NCBI GenBank assembly: GCA_024228555.1
Contig: JAAETI010000355.1
Location: 3,602-67,601 of the forward strand
Direction of reading: 5' to 3'
Origin: a bacterium
Lineage (GTDB): Bacteria; Actinomycetota; Acidimicrobiia; Spongiisociales; UBA5794
DNA: 64,000 nt
Positions 51,500 to 60,234 of this stretch are shown here, one piece after another; positions within the stretch are counted from its first letter, which is position 1; each line of letters opens with the position of its first letter. The notes beneath the pieces are model-generated. The model was not told where the DNA came from, ran no database searches, and was given only the letters and a program-made list of their open reading frames with translations. The translations under genes and the position numbers were made by a program.

Positions 51500-53164
51500 T
51501 CAGCCAGTTTGACGCAGGTCACGCCGATCAAACAACCAAACTGCGGCCAGGATCAGCACACCGGTTGTCCCCAGCAGCACCGCAGCATTGCCCCAGTGCA
51601 TACCGGTGTTGAGCGGGTCGCTGGTCAGGTAGTAGTTGAATGGCGACAGCACCGCAAGGCCTTCCACCGTGTCGTTGAGGATCGCAATCGAGTTGATCAG
51701 GTAGGTAGCGAGTGCAACTCCCACTGTGCCAAAGACGGCGATCTTGACTCGACCGGTAGCGGCGCTCAGCACCAGTGACAGCGCTCCGAAGACGAGGCCA
51801 ACCAACGTGGCCAACAGAGATGCCGCTGCGATATTGACAGGACTCATGCCAAGTCTCCCGAGCAGCGAGCCGATCCACACGCCCGCCCACGTGAAGACAC
51901 CGACGGCTACGGCGTAGGCAATCATTGCATAGGTCTTCTCGATGACGACCGTCGACCGTTTGAGCGGGTTGGAGAGGAGGAGGCCCATTGTGCGTTTGGC
52001 TTCTTCGCCCGCCAGGGCCTGGGAGCCAATGACCACGCCAACCACGATGACGGCGATCGGAGCCATCATGCCGAATGTCTCGAGTTCGTAGAAGCCTTCT
52101 GCGGTGCTCATGTTGCCACCGCTGGATCCGACAAACGCATACATCGCCTCTGGTATCTGATCCGAGAACTTCAGCAGTGACTCGTCCATCAATCCGTAGA
52201 GCGGTCCCATTAGGACACCCATGAGGAAGAACATCATGTATGCCGTGATGATGAGTAATCCTTGGTGCTCGGATGCAGTCTTGATCCAGATTCGAGAAAC
52301 CCGTGTCGAGCCCGCAAGGCGATCGAAGACCTTCTTTGTCATTGGGTTGGCCCGCAGACGATCAACCAGATTCTCGCCGACGGTTTGACTGCGGAGATCG
52401 CGCCTGTTGAGCCCAATCTGGGCGATTCCAGCAAGGAGAGCTGATCCTCCGAGGAGGACAGTGAGATGACCCCAGCTTGGTCCATTGCCGATGGGGTCGG
52501 CTCCGTCGAAGTAGTACCAAGGGAATACCTTGGCGACGTTCTCCCACCCCTCAACAAGGGGGGCGATCCCGGCGACCATGAAGCCAACAATCATCAGGCC
52601 CGCGGCGACACCAGATGCCATTGCCCGGCTGCCGGTCCACGCACCGATGGCGAATGCCAGGAATCCGTAGAACAGCGTGTTGGCAAAGAGGTGGAACGAA
52701 TAGCTCCCCACGTGCATGCCGGTGACGCTGACGTTCAGGAAATCGGCCACCAGGTGGGCGGCTCCCCACAGGAACAGTGTTCCGAGGGCACTGAGCGCCA
52801 CCAGGGTTGCCCCCTTGGATGCGAGGATATGAGTTCGGCTCTTGGGGTTGCCCAACAGCAGGCCCATCGTGCCGGAGCTCTCTTCACCTGCGATGGATGC
52901 AGAACCCATCGAGATGGCTAGACCCGCCAGAGTGAAGGCTCCGTACAGGCCATAGAGGACCCCAATGGAGAGCCCGGCGGCGTCGGCGCCGTCGGGTATC
53001 CCCACCATCGAGCGGAATACCTCGGGCATGTCGTCATAGAACGAGAGGTCAAACTCCCGGTAGACGGCCATGGCGAGCGCCAAGAGTGCAGCAAGGCTGA
53101 TCGACGCTATCCCGACCCCACGCCAGCGGTCTTGGAATGTCTTGGTGAAGACGTTGGCGAGCAT
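51500..53164 (-). CDS. ABC-2 type exporter permease (two fused halves)
   Basis: Repeated AGEE..GTMGLLL.NP.SR/KR motif and P(W/F).YY..DP...G..WG in each half. Confidence 0.9.
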   Translation of the reverse strand: MLANVFTKTFQDRWRGVGIASISLAALLALAMAVYREFDLSFYDDMPEVFRSMVGIPDGADAAGLSIGVLYGLYGAFTLAGLAISMGSASIAGEESSGTMGLLLGNPKSRTHILASKGATLVALSALGTLFLWGAAHLVADFLNVSVTGMHVGSYSFHLFANTLFYGFLAFAIGAWTGSRAMASGVAAGLMIVGFMVAGIAPLVEGWENVAKVFPWYYFDGADPIGNGPSWGHLTVLLGGSALLAGIAQIGLNRRDLRSQTVGENLVDRLRANPMTKKVFDRLAGSTRVSRIWIKTASEHQGLLIITAYMMFFLMGVLMGPLYGLMDESLLKFSDQIPEAMYAFVGSSGGNMSTAEGFYELETFGMMAPIAVIVVGVVIGSQALAGEEAKRTMGLLLSNPLKRSTVVIEKTYAMIAYAVAVGVFTWAGVWIGSLLGRLGMSPVNIAAASLLATLVGLVFGALSLVLSAATGRVKIAVFGTVGVALATYLINSIAILNDTVEGLAVLSPFNYYLTSDPLNTGMHWGNAAVLLGTTGVLILAAVWLFDRRDLRQTG

Positions 53165-54060
53165 CAGGCCTGGACCTCCTCGTAGTAAGTGAGAAAGATC
53201 TCTTCGAGGTCCGCCTCGTGGGTGGCGATGTCGACGAGGCTGTACCGCTCGGCGGCAACCTTGAGCAACGTCTCCATCTGGCCATCGAACGACATCGTGA
53301 CGTGGTGGTTCTCCACTTTGATCTCGCGGACGCCGGGAAGAGGTTCGAACACCGAGCCATCGACCGTCTCATCAAAATAGAGATTGACCGTACGGATCGC
53401 CTTTGATCGCAACTCGGCCACGTCTTCAACGGCGATGAGCTTGCCGTGGCGGATGATGCCGACCCGGTCGGCGACCCGTTGCACCTCAGAGAGCGTGTGG
53501 CTGGAGAGGAAGACGGTGCGTCCGTCGGAGGCGACTTCGCGCATCATGGTCTGGAATTCACGCTGGACCAGCGGGTCGAGACCAGAGCTTGGTTCGTCCA
53601 TGATCAGAACGTCGGGCTTGTTCATGAATGCCTGGATCAGCCCGACTTTTTGCCGGTTCCCGGATGACAGGTCTCCAACCTTCTTGGTGAGATCTGCATC
53701 GAGCCGGTCGGCCAGTGAATCGACATAGGTCCAGTCCACACCGTCGCGCAGGTTGGCGAAGTAGGTGAGCGTGTCGCGCCCCGTGAGGTTGGGATACAGG
53801 GCGAGATCTCCGGGCACATACCCGATGTGATTGCGGATTTCCACTGTGTGCTTGTGTGTATCCAACCCAGCGATGGTTGCGCTGCCAGAGGTGGGGCGAA
53901 TCTCGTCGAGGATGGTCCGGATCATCGTCGTCTTGCCCGCACCGTTCGGTCCGAGGAACCCAAAGATCTCGCCCACCTTTACGTCGAGGTTGAGGTCAAC
54001 CAGGGCGGGGAAGTCTCCGTAGTGCTTGGTGAGCGCTTCGGCGTGGATTGCGATAGTCAT
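53164..54060 (-). CDS. ABC transporter ATP-binding protein
   Basis: GPNGAGKTT, LSSGNRQK, MDEPSSGLDP, LSSH.LSEV; start MTIAIH overlaps TetR stop. Confidence 0.94.
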   Translation of the reverse strand: MTIAIHAEALTKHYGDFPALVDLNLDVKVGEIFGFLGPNGAGKTTMIRTILDEIRPTSGSATIAGLDTHKHTVEIRNHIGYVPGDLALYPNLTGRDTLTYFANLRDGVDWTYVDSLADRLDADLTKKVGDLSSGNRQKVGLIQAFMNKPDVLIMDEPSSGLDPLVQREFQTMMREVASDGRTVFLSSHTLSEVQRVADRVGIIRHGKLIAVEDVAELRSKAIRTVNLYFDETVDGSVFEPLPGVREIKVENHHVTMSFDGQMETLLKVAAERYSLVDIATHEADLEEIFLTYYEEVQA

Positions 54061-54722
54061 GCGGTTTCCTTTTCTTGTCCTTCGGCGGCGGCGTCTACAA
54101 ACGCCGTGCTCATGAGTTTCACTGTGGCTTCGGTGAGTAGTCCTTTTGAGTAGATCTCGAGGATTGGCGCCATGTAGCCCGAGATGGCCTTGGGGTCCTT
54201 GCTGAAGTCGGCGGTGATGTTGACGCCGATCAGTCGCTCCAGGTGCTCGTGAAGCACCAACGCGCCGAGGCCCCAAACCACGAGGATCGCGGCCCTTTCC
54301 TGCTCGTGATTGGTCGGTTGGACCATTCCGGTCTCGACACCGACAGCGAGGTAATCGACGGCGTCCATGACCAATTCGTCGACAAGCTCAGCCACATGGG
54401 GGGACCCGTCAATCAACGTCCTGGCAAGGAATTTGGAGGCGGGGATGTGCCCGATGCTGCGGAAGGCCGCGGTGACATCGAAGGCGCCACCTGAAGCCAT
54501 CGCACCGCCCTTGACCTCTCGGATCACGCCCGCAACGTACTCATCGCAGGCGACACGGAGGTTGTCCTTCGAACCAAAGTGGTGGATCACCAGACCCGGC
54601 GAGACACCGGCCGTGGAGGCGATGGTGCGCACACTGGTCCCGGCGATGCCGTTGGCCGCAAACTCGGTGATCGCGGCATCCCGAATCCGAGCTGCCGTTG
54701 TTCTGTCATCGCTTGAACGCAT
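54057..54722 (-). CDS. TetR-family regulator (RaaS/Rv1219c-like)
   Basis: MRS..D.T..ARIRDAAI..F...G...SVR.IA..AGVSPGLVIHHFGSK..LR.ACD; heads an ATPase + duplicated permease operon. Confidence 0.9.
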   Translation of the reverse strand: MRSSDDRTTAARIRDAAITEFAANGIAGTSVRTIASTAGVSPGLVIHHFGSKDNLRVACDEYVAGVIREVKGGAMASGGAFDVTAAFRSIGHIPASKFLARTLIDGSPHVAELVDELVMDAVDYLAVGVETGMVQPTNHEQERAAILVVWGLGALVLHEHLERLIGVNITADFSKDPKAISGYMAPILEIYSKGLLTEATVKLMSTAFVDAAAEGQEKETA

Positions 54723-54748
54723 GTTCAATATACTAAACGATTGTTCAG
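54713..54748. promoter_or_regulatory. Tandem TetR operators overlapping start codon; probable leaderless promoter
   Basis: TTGAAC-GCAT-GTTCAA (perfect arms) plus CTAAAC-GATT-GTTCAG; minus strand TAGTAT/TATATT a few nt before ATG. Confidence 0.75.
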
Positions 54749-54973
54749 GAAGTGTGAAGATGGTTTCGGGTCAACCAGATTCCGTCTCTGAGATACCGAG
54801 AACCTGTCTGGTTCACGGGCAGGTCGGAGATACCTCTACCGGAGCATTATCACGGTTCAGATGCTCAATCTGGGTTTCCCCTTTGAGAACTCTGGGCTAT
54901 TCACACTGTCGGCGATCGCCGGCCTCGCCGGTGCATCCCTGCGGATTACGACCGAAGACCGAGTTCAGAACCC

Positions 54974-55003
54974 ATTGGAAGTCAGGGAATTGGAAGTCAG
55001 GGA
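54974..55003. repeat. Perfect 15-bp tandem duplication at the VWA stop codon
   Basis: attggaagtcaggga x2. Confidence 0.85.
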
Positions 55004-55974
55004 AGACGGCCGAACCAGGCCAATGAGGCCGCGCCCGCCAGACCGAGTAGTACAACGGCGATGCCTGCGAACCAGTCGGCGACCTCAGTACGGACTGATT
55101 CGACCTGCACGCTCCGCCCCAAGTCTTCGTAGACCTGGTTGAGCTGCTCTGCGGTGGCAGCGGTGAGGGACTGCCCATCGGTCTGGAACGCCAACTGCTC
55201 TAGTGCCTGCTCGTTGACCGGAACCGGGATTCTGCCGTTGAAGGGGTCGTCGATGAATCCAGCACGAGTGCCAAAGGCAATCGTGTGCACTGGGACGTTG
55301 CGGTCTCGCGCCTCGGAGGCAGCCTCGTCGTTGGAACGACCCGACGTCGTATCACCGTCCGAAAGCAGTACGACGGTCCCGACGGGCTTGGCTGAATCCG
55401 TCTGTTCGTTCTCGGCCCGGACGGCCGCGTCTTCGATTGCATCGAGGGCCAAGAACACAGCTTCGCCAATGGCGGTTCCCTCGCCGAGGTCGGCGTCCCG
55501 CTCGATGGTTCGGCGCACCGCATCGAGGCGAGTGGTTGGCGATATGAGGAGCCGGGCCCGGCTGTCGAAGCCGACAACGCCTACAGCAACCCCGTCGGGG
55601 ACCGTGTCCAAGAACGCAGTGGCCGACTCCCGAGCCGCCTCCATCCGGGTTGGGGTGACATCCTCGGCGTCCATCGAAAGCGACATGTCGATTGCCAGGA
55701 TCACCAGTTGCTGAGCCTCAGTGGACTCGCCCGCAACCACCGGTCGGGCGAACCCGATTGTGGCGATAATGACGGCCAGCAGCAGTCCGATGGCGGGAAG
55801 ATGACGTCGCCAGCCCGGTTGATCGGGGGCTACCTCGTCGAGAAGGTCAAGCGTCGTGAAGCGAAGTGCGTAGCGATGCCGTTGCCTCTGCATCATGGCG
55901 TAGCCCAAGGCGAGGGCGACTGGGACGATGAGCAGCCAGAGCCGGGCGGGCGCAAGAAAGCCAAAGTCGCTCAT
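54997..55974 (-). CDS. VWA-domain protein (BatA-like N-terminus)
   Basis: F.AP..LWLL, ARP, MIDAS DMSLSM, GTAIGEA, LLSDG, HTIAFG, C-terminal TM. Confidence 0.93.
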   Translation of the reverse strand: MSDFGFLAPARLWLLIVPVALALGYAMMQRQRHRYALRFTTLDLLDEVAPDQPGWRRHLPAIGLLLAVIIATIGFARPVVAGESTEAQQLVILAIDMSLSMDAEDVTPTRMEAARESATAFLDTVPDGVAVGVVGFDSRARLLISPTTRLDAVRRTIERDADLGEGTAIGEAVFLALDAIEDAAVRAENEQTDSAKPVGTVVLLSDGDTTSGRSNDEAASEARDRNVPVHTIAFGTRAGFIDDPFNGRIPVPVNEQALEQLAFQTDGQSLTAATAEQLNQVYEDLGRSVQVESVRTEVADWFAGIAVVLLGLAGAASLAWFGRLP

Positions 55975-56933
55975 CGGGCACGTCTTCCTGCGGCGAGGAG
56001 TCGCGAGCGCCGTGTCGCCACAAACTGGACAAAGTCCAGCACCCAGTCGCGATCGGTGGAAAGCACCAAGTGATCGGCACCGCATCGGGCGAGTGCTTGA
56101 CGCACATCAGCCCGGTGCGCTGCGGCGAGTTCTGCATACCGTTCCCTGGTTCGGGTCTGTGCAGTATCAACAACGCGGGCCCGCCCGGTTTCGGGGTCAC
56201 GCACCGAGATCAGCCCCACGTCGGGGAGCCGAAGCTCACGCTCGTCAACGACCTCGATGGCCACTAGCTCGTGACGGTGGCTGAGGGCCCGCATCGGACG
56301 TTCCCAAGAGGTCGAACCCAGGAAGTCCGAAACGACGACTGCCATACCGCGGCGGCGAGCGGTTCGTCGCACCATATCGATCGCCGCTGGTAGGTCGCCC
56401 GACACGCCGTCTTCGGGCGGATGATGTAGAGACGCCAGCACAGCACCGACATGATTGGCTCCGGCCCGGGCCGGGAGAAGGCGGGGTCGGGCTTTGTCCC
56501 CGTGTGGGGTCGTTGTGATGGAGCCGACTCTGTTGCCCCGATCGGAGGCGAGCAACGCCATCGCTCCGGCCGCAGACCAAGCGATCTCATGTTTGGTCGC
56601 AATACCGGTTCCAAAGGCAAGGCTCGAGGAGCTGTCCAGGACCAACCACAGTTCGAGTTCGTGGTCGGCGATGGTGTCGCGAACGTGGGGCTCGTTGGTG
56701 CGGGCGGTGACTGCCCAATCGATGTGACGAGGATCGTCACCCGGCTCGTACGGTCGAGCTTCACCGTATTCGGTTCCATGACCGGGAAACAGGCCGGCAT
56801 GGTCACCGGCGAGGAGTCCATCAAGGCGGCGCAGCACCGTCAACTGCAGCCGATCGATCGGTGCTTGCGATACCGACGTCAGCCGGTGCTGGCGGGGGAT
56901 CGCTTGCGTGTCCGGCGGTGCGGCCCTTTTCAT
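55971..56933 (-). CDS. DUF58 domain-containing protein
   Basis: G.G.E..E.R.YEPGDD.R.IDW.VTAR, VLDSSSSL.FG, VVSDFL, D.RE..LP.VG. Confidence 0.93.
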   Translation of the reverse strand: MKRAAPPDTQAIPRQHRLTSVSQAPIDRLQLTVLRRLDGLLAGDHAGLFPGHGTEYGEARPYEPGDDPRHIDWAVTARTNEPHVRDTIADHELELWLVLDSSSSLAFGTGIATKHEIAWSAAGAMALLASDRGNRVGSITTTPHGDKARPRLLPARAGANHVGAVLASLHHPPEDGVSGDLPAAIDMVRRTARRRGMAVVVSDFLGSTSWERPMRALSHRHELVAIEVVDERELRLPDVGLISVRDPETGRARVVDTAQTRTRERYAELAAAHRADVRQALARCGADHLVLSTDRDWVLDFVQFVATRRSRLLAAGRRAR

Positions 56934-57952
56934 TGCTGCGGCTGCGGAGCTGTCGATGCCGGCAGCCGGGGGGCGATAACCGTGGTCAGCAGTTCGACCA
57001 GAACGTCGTCGACCGTTACCCCGTCGGCAACGGCGTCGAAGGAGGGCACGAGACGGTGGTTGAGAACGTCATACGCGACGTCGTAAACGTCTTGGGGAAG
57101 CACGTGGTCGCGTCCTCTCAAGAGCGCCAGCGCCCGGCCCGCCTGAACCAGTCCGATGCTGGCCCGGGGACTGGCTCCGTACGCAAGGAGGCCGTCGATA
57201 TCGACACCGTGCTTGGCCGGGGTCCGGGTTGCGAGCACGAGTCGGATCGCATAGTCCTGGACTTGCGGGTCAACGTGGACAGACGCTGCCGCCGTCTGCA
57301 GCCCGGCGACCTCATCCGTCGAGAGCACCTCATTGGCAACAGGTGTTGCTCCACTGGCCCGTTCGACGATGTCGTGTTCTTGCTGTGGTGTCGGGTAGTC
57401 GACGGGGATCCGCATGAGGAAGCGATCGCGTTGCGCTTCTGGCAGGGGATAGACGCCTTCGGATTCGATCGGGTTCTGCGTCGCCAACACCAGGAATGGC
57501 GCGGGCAGGGGATGCGTAATCCCTCCCAGTGAGACCTGACGTTCCGCCATCACCTCGAGGAGCGCCGACTGCACTTTCGCCGGAGCGCGGTTTATCTCAT
57601 CGGTGAGTACAAAGTTGGCGAACACCGGACCGAGTTCAACATCGAAGCTCTCGGTGGAAGGGCGGTAGATCCGGGTGCCGACGATGTCGGATGGTAGGAG
57701 ATCGGGGGTGAACTGGATCCGGGCGAACGTCCCGCCGAGCGTCTTGGCGAGGGTCGATACCGTCAGCGTCTTGCCGATGCCGGGGACTCCCTCCAGCAGA
57801 CAGTGGCCTCCGGCGAGTAGCGCGACCAGCACTCGTTCGAGCACGCGGTCCTGACCGACAATGACTTGCTTCATCTCGGTCTGCACCTGTCGTAGCTGCA
57901 TTCCGGCCAGCTTCAGATCCAACGGTTCGAGTCGGGGTTCCGGTGCGGTCAT
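56930..57952 (-). CDS. MoxR-family AAA+ ATPase
   Basis: GHCLLEGVPGIGKT, RIQFTPDLLPSDI, DEINRAPAKVQSALLE, ATQNPIE.EG.YPLPEAQRDRF, GASPRA. Confidence 0.96.
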   Translation of the reverse strand: MTAPEPRLEPLDLKLAGMQLRQVQTEMKQVIVGQDRVLERVLVALLAGGHCLLEGVPGIGKTLTVSTLAKTLGGTFARIQFTPDLLPSDIVGTRIYRPSTESFDVELGPVFANFVLTDEINRAPAKVQSALLEVMAERQVSLGGITHPLPAPFLVLATQNPIESEGVYPLPEAQRDRFLMRIPVDYPTPQQEHDIVERASGATPVANEVLSTDEVAGLQTAAASVHVDPQVQDYAIRLVLATRTPAKHGVDIDGLLAYGASPRASIGLVQAGRALALLRGRDHVLPQDVYDVAYDVLNHRLVPSFDAVADGVTVDDVLVELLTTVIAPRLPASTAPQPQQ

Positions 57953-59178
57953 GTCGAACCTCCGTCTTCCCCTGGGAGAACCCCGGAGATCCCAAAGAAG
58001 TCATCGAGCAGGTCCTGGAGCTCGGGTGGCATCACCTCGGTTCCCAGCAACTCGTCGAGCAGCTCCCCAAGCCCCGGCAGCTCGTCGAACCCGGGCAGTG
58101 GTTGGGGCTGGAGGGGGTTTGGCTCCGGGGTCGCTCCAGGGGTTGGCTGCAACATCTCATCGAGAAGTTCGTCAAGCCCAGGGAACAGTTCTTCGAGATC
58201 CTCGAGCCCGGGGAACAGGTTGTCGAGGCCGCCTGCATCCTCGGGGGCGGGGATGGTTGGGGCATCAATGCCGCCCGCCGTCTCGACTTCTTCGAGAAGC
58301 GAGTCGAACGCTTCCACCGGTATTGCAAACCCGACACCATCGTTTCCTCCAGAGACCGAGGCGATGGCGGTATTGATTCCAATGACCTTGGCCTCGGCGT
58401 CGGCGAGCGGGCCTCCGGAGTTGCCGGGATTGATCGGGGCGTCGGTCTGGATGAGCCCGGTGAGCAACCCAATGGGGGTTTCGAGTTCTCGGTCAAGACC
58501 GGAGATGATGCCGGCGGTCACTGACTGCTGGAATCCGAACGGGCTACCCATGGCGAATGCGGGCTCGCCCACCTCAACTGAGCCGGGGTCGGCGATGGTG
58601 GCCGCGACCAGATCGGTGGCATCGTCGAGAGCAACGATTGCGAGGTCTCGCTCTGGTGCCCTGCCCACGACGCGGCCGTTGAAGACGCGATCGTCAGCGG
58701 TGCGGATAGACACTTCGTCCGAGAACGAAACAACGTGGTGTGCGGTGAGAACAAGGCCGGCGGTGTCATAGATGACGCCGGACCCGACTCCTCCACCGGC
58801 GTCAAGCCCACCGAGAAGCTCGATCTGCACTACTGCGGGCCCAAGTGCGGCAGCAACGGTGCCGGGCGTGCTGGCCTCGGCTTCCACCAGCGCTGTTGTT
58901 TCACCACGATCGGTCCTCGTAAGGAAAGACCCGAGAATGTACCCACCGACAAGCGCGGCGATCAGGAGCCCGATAAACAGCGGCACACGATTGCGCCTCT
59001 TTGGTTCCGGAGCGACAGGGGTGATATCCGGCGCCGGCATCTCCAACGTGGGAGCTGCTGTGTTGGCGACCGGAGTGAACTGCGGGATCTCGTCGGACAC
59101 CGGTGGAGATGCAGGTAGATCACGCCAGGAGCGTCCCCGGGCGATGTCCTCCGGGGTAGTGGTGTCGAGCTGGGTCAC
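57949..59178 (-). CDS. Membrane-anchored trypsin-like (HtrA-type) serine protease lacking PDZ
   Basis: TM; GSGVI, LTAHHV, DLAIV, IQTDAPINPGNSGGPL, IGINTA, GVGFAIP; acidic low-complexity tail. Confidence 0.9.
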   Translation of the reverse strand: MTQLDTTTPEDIARGRSWRDLPASPPVSDEIPQFTPVANTAAPTLEMPAPDITPVAPEPKRRNRVPLFIGLLIAALVGGYILGSFLTRTDRGETTALVEAEASTPGTVAAALGPAVVQIELLGGLDAGGGVGSGVIYDTAGLVLTAHHVVSFSDEVSIRTADDRVFNGRVVGRAPERDLAIVALDDATDLVAATIADPGSVEVGEPAFAMGSPFGFQQSVTAGIISGLDRELETPIGLLTGLIQTDAPINPGNSGGPLADAEAKVIGINTAIASVSGGNDGVGFAIPVEAFDSLLEEVETAGGIDAPTIPAPEDAGGLDNLFPGLEDLEELFPGLDELLDEMLQPTPGATPEPNPLQPQPLPGFDELPGLGELLDELLGTEVMPPELQDLLDDFFGISGVLPGEDGGST

Positions 59179-59509
59179 GAAAGCCTCCGCTGCTGTCGAT
59201 GGGTTCAGCCGTCACGATGATGGCGGCGACAATCGGCACACTGCGCCGGAACCCGTGTCAATCAAATAGCCGTTGTTGCTACTTAGACGCAAACCAGGGC
59301 CTGAGAGTTCCCGGGTTTGGTTCCCACAACCGTCAGAGTATCCGATGGTTATCGCTCCCAATTGTGTAGTTGTGTGCTGCAAAGTCGACTTGACGAGGTG
59401 AACTCGCAGATCGCAGGCTCCGACCGGATCCGAGGTGTCAAGGGTGAGGCGGGACTACGCGGGTTTCGATTTGGTCTTCCACCGAGATCAAGCGGGGGCA
59501 GGCTCGATC

Positions 59510-59990
59510 GAGGTATCGAACTCACCCGTTGCCATGTAGGGTCCGCTAGCCATCACGGCTCCGCTGCGGATCCTGGTCACGATTTCGAGTCCAAACGACA
59601 ATGCGCCGCTGGTTGCTGCCGGGGAGTGGAGAAGGCTTGAGCTGGCATTGCGAGATTCAGTCGACCAAGGTCTCGTCGAACTTGGCAGAGCGCAGGATGG
59701 GTCGCTGCAATCGCTACAGCAGCAGCTGCGATGCGACGACTACCACGTTCTTCACTTCATCGGCCATGGTGTCTTTGACCAGGCGATGGGCGATGGGTGA
59801 TGGTGTGCTCACCTCGAAGACGACCGGCAGGTCGGTGGCGAGGACTTTGGGATGATCCTCCATGAGCATCGTTCGCTCCGTCTGGAGATTCTCAATGCTT
59901 GCGAGGGCGCTCGTTCGTCTCGAACTGATCCGTTCTCAGGTACGGGCAAGAGCCTCGTCCAACAGGGCATACCTGCCGTAGTAGCGATGA
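59510..59990 (+). pseudogene. Decayed CHAT (caspase-like) peptidase domain gene
   Basis: One frame reads PLRILVTISSPND..EWRRL..YHVLHFIGHG..*..LRLEILNACEGAR..GIPAVVAM; in-frame TGA at 59798-59800, upstream stop, truncated 3' end. Confidence 0.8.
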
Positions 59991-60125
59991 TCACCTACAA
60001 GGGCTACGGCGCTCTCGACCTGAGGGCTATCTGGACCTGACAGCGTCGTGGGTCGATGAATTCCTAGAGCGCTTCCCCTAGATCGAGCGGAGCAGTCATT
60101 CGCACACTGACTGGTGCGTTCCCCT

Positions 60126-60174
60126 GTTCCTGCGTACCAGGGCGCACATCGCCGCCACTCAGGTACGCAAGAAC
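60126..60174. repeat. REP-like palindromic element (GTTC(C/T)TGCGT...ACGCAAG family)
   Basis: gttcctgcgtacc ... ggtacgcaagaac arms 12/13 complementary; relatives at 62779 and 13292. Confidence 0.65.
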
Positions 60175-60234
60175 GGTTCCTGCGTGTTGTAGCGGATATG
60201 ATCGCCCAACCAACGATGACAAGGATTCGGTGCC

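Noticed and set aside
59798-59800. In-frame TGA as possible selenocysteine
   Set aside because: Arises within a 7-bp microrepeat, is not at a conserved Cys, and the surrounding gene is otherwise decayed; no selA/selB/selC seen in the window
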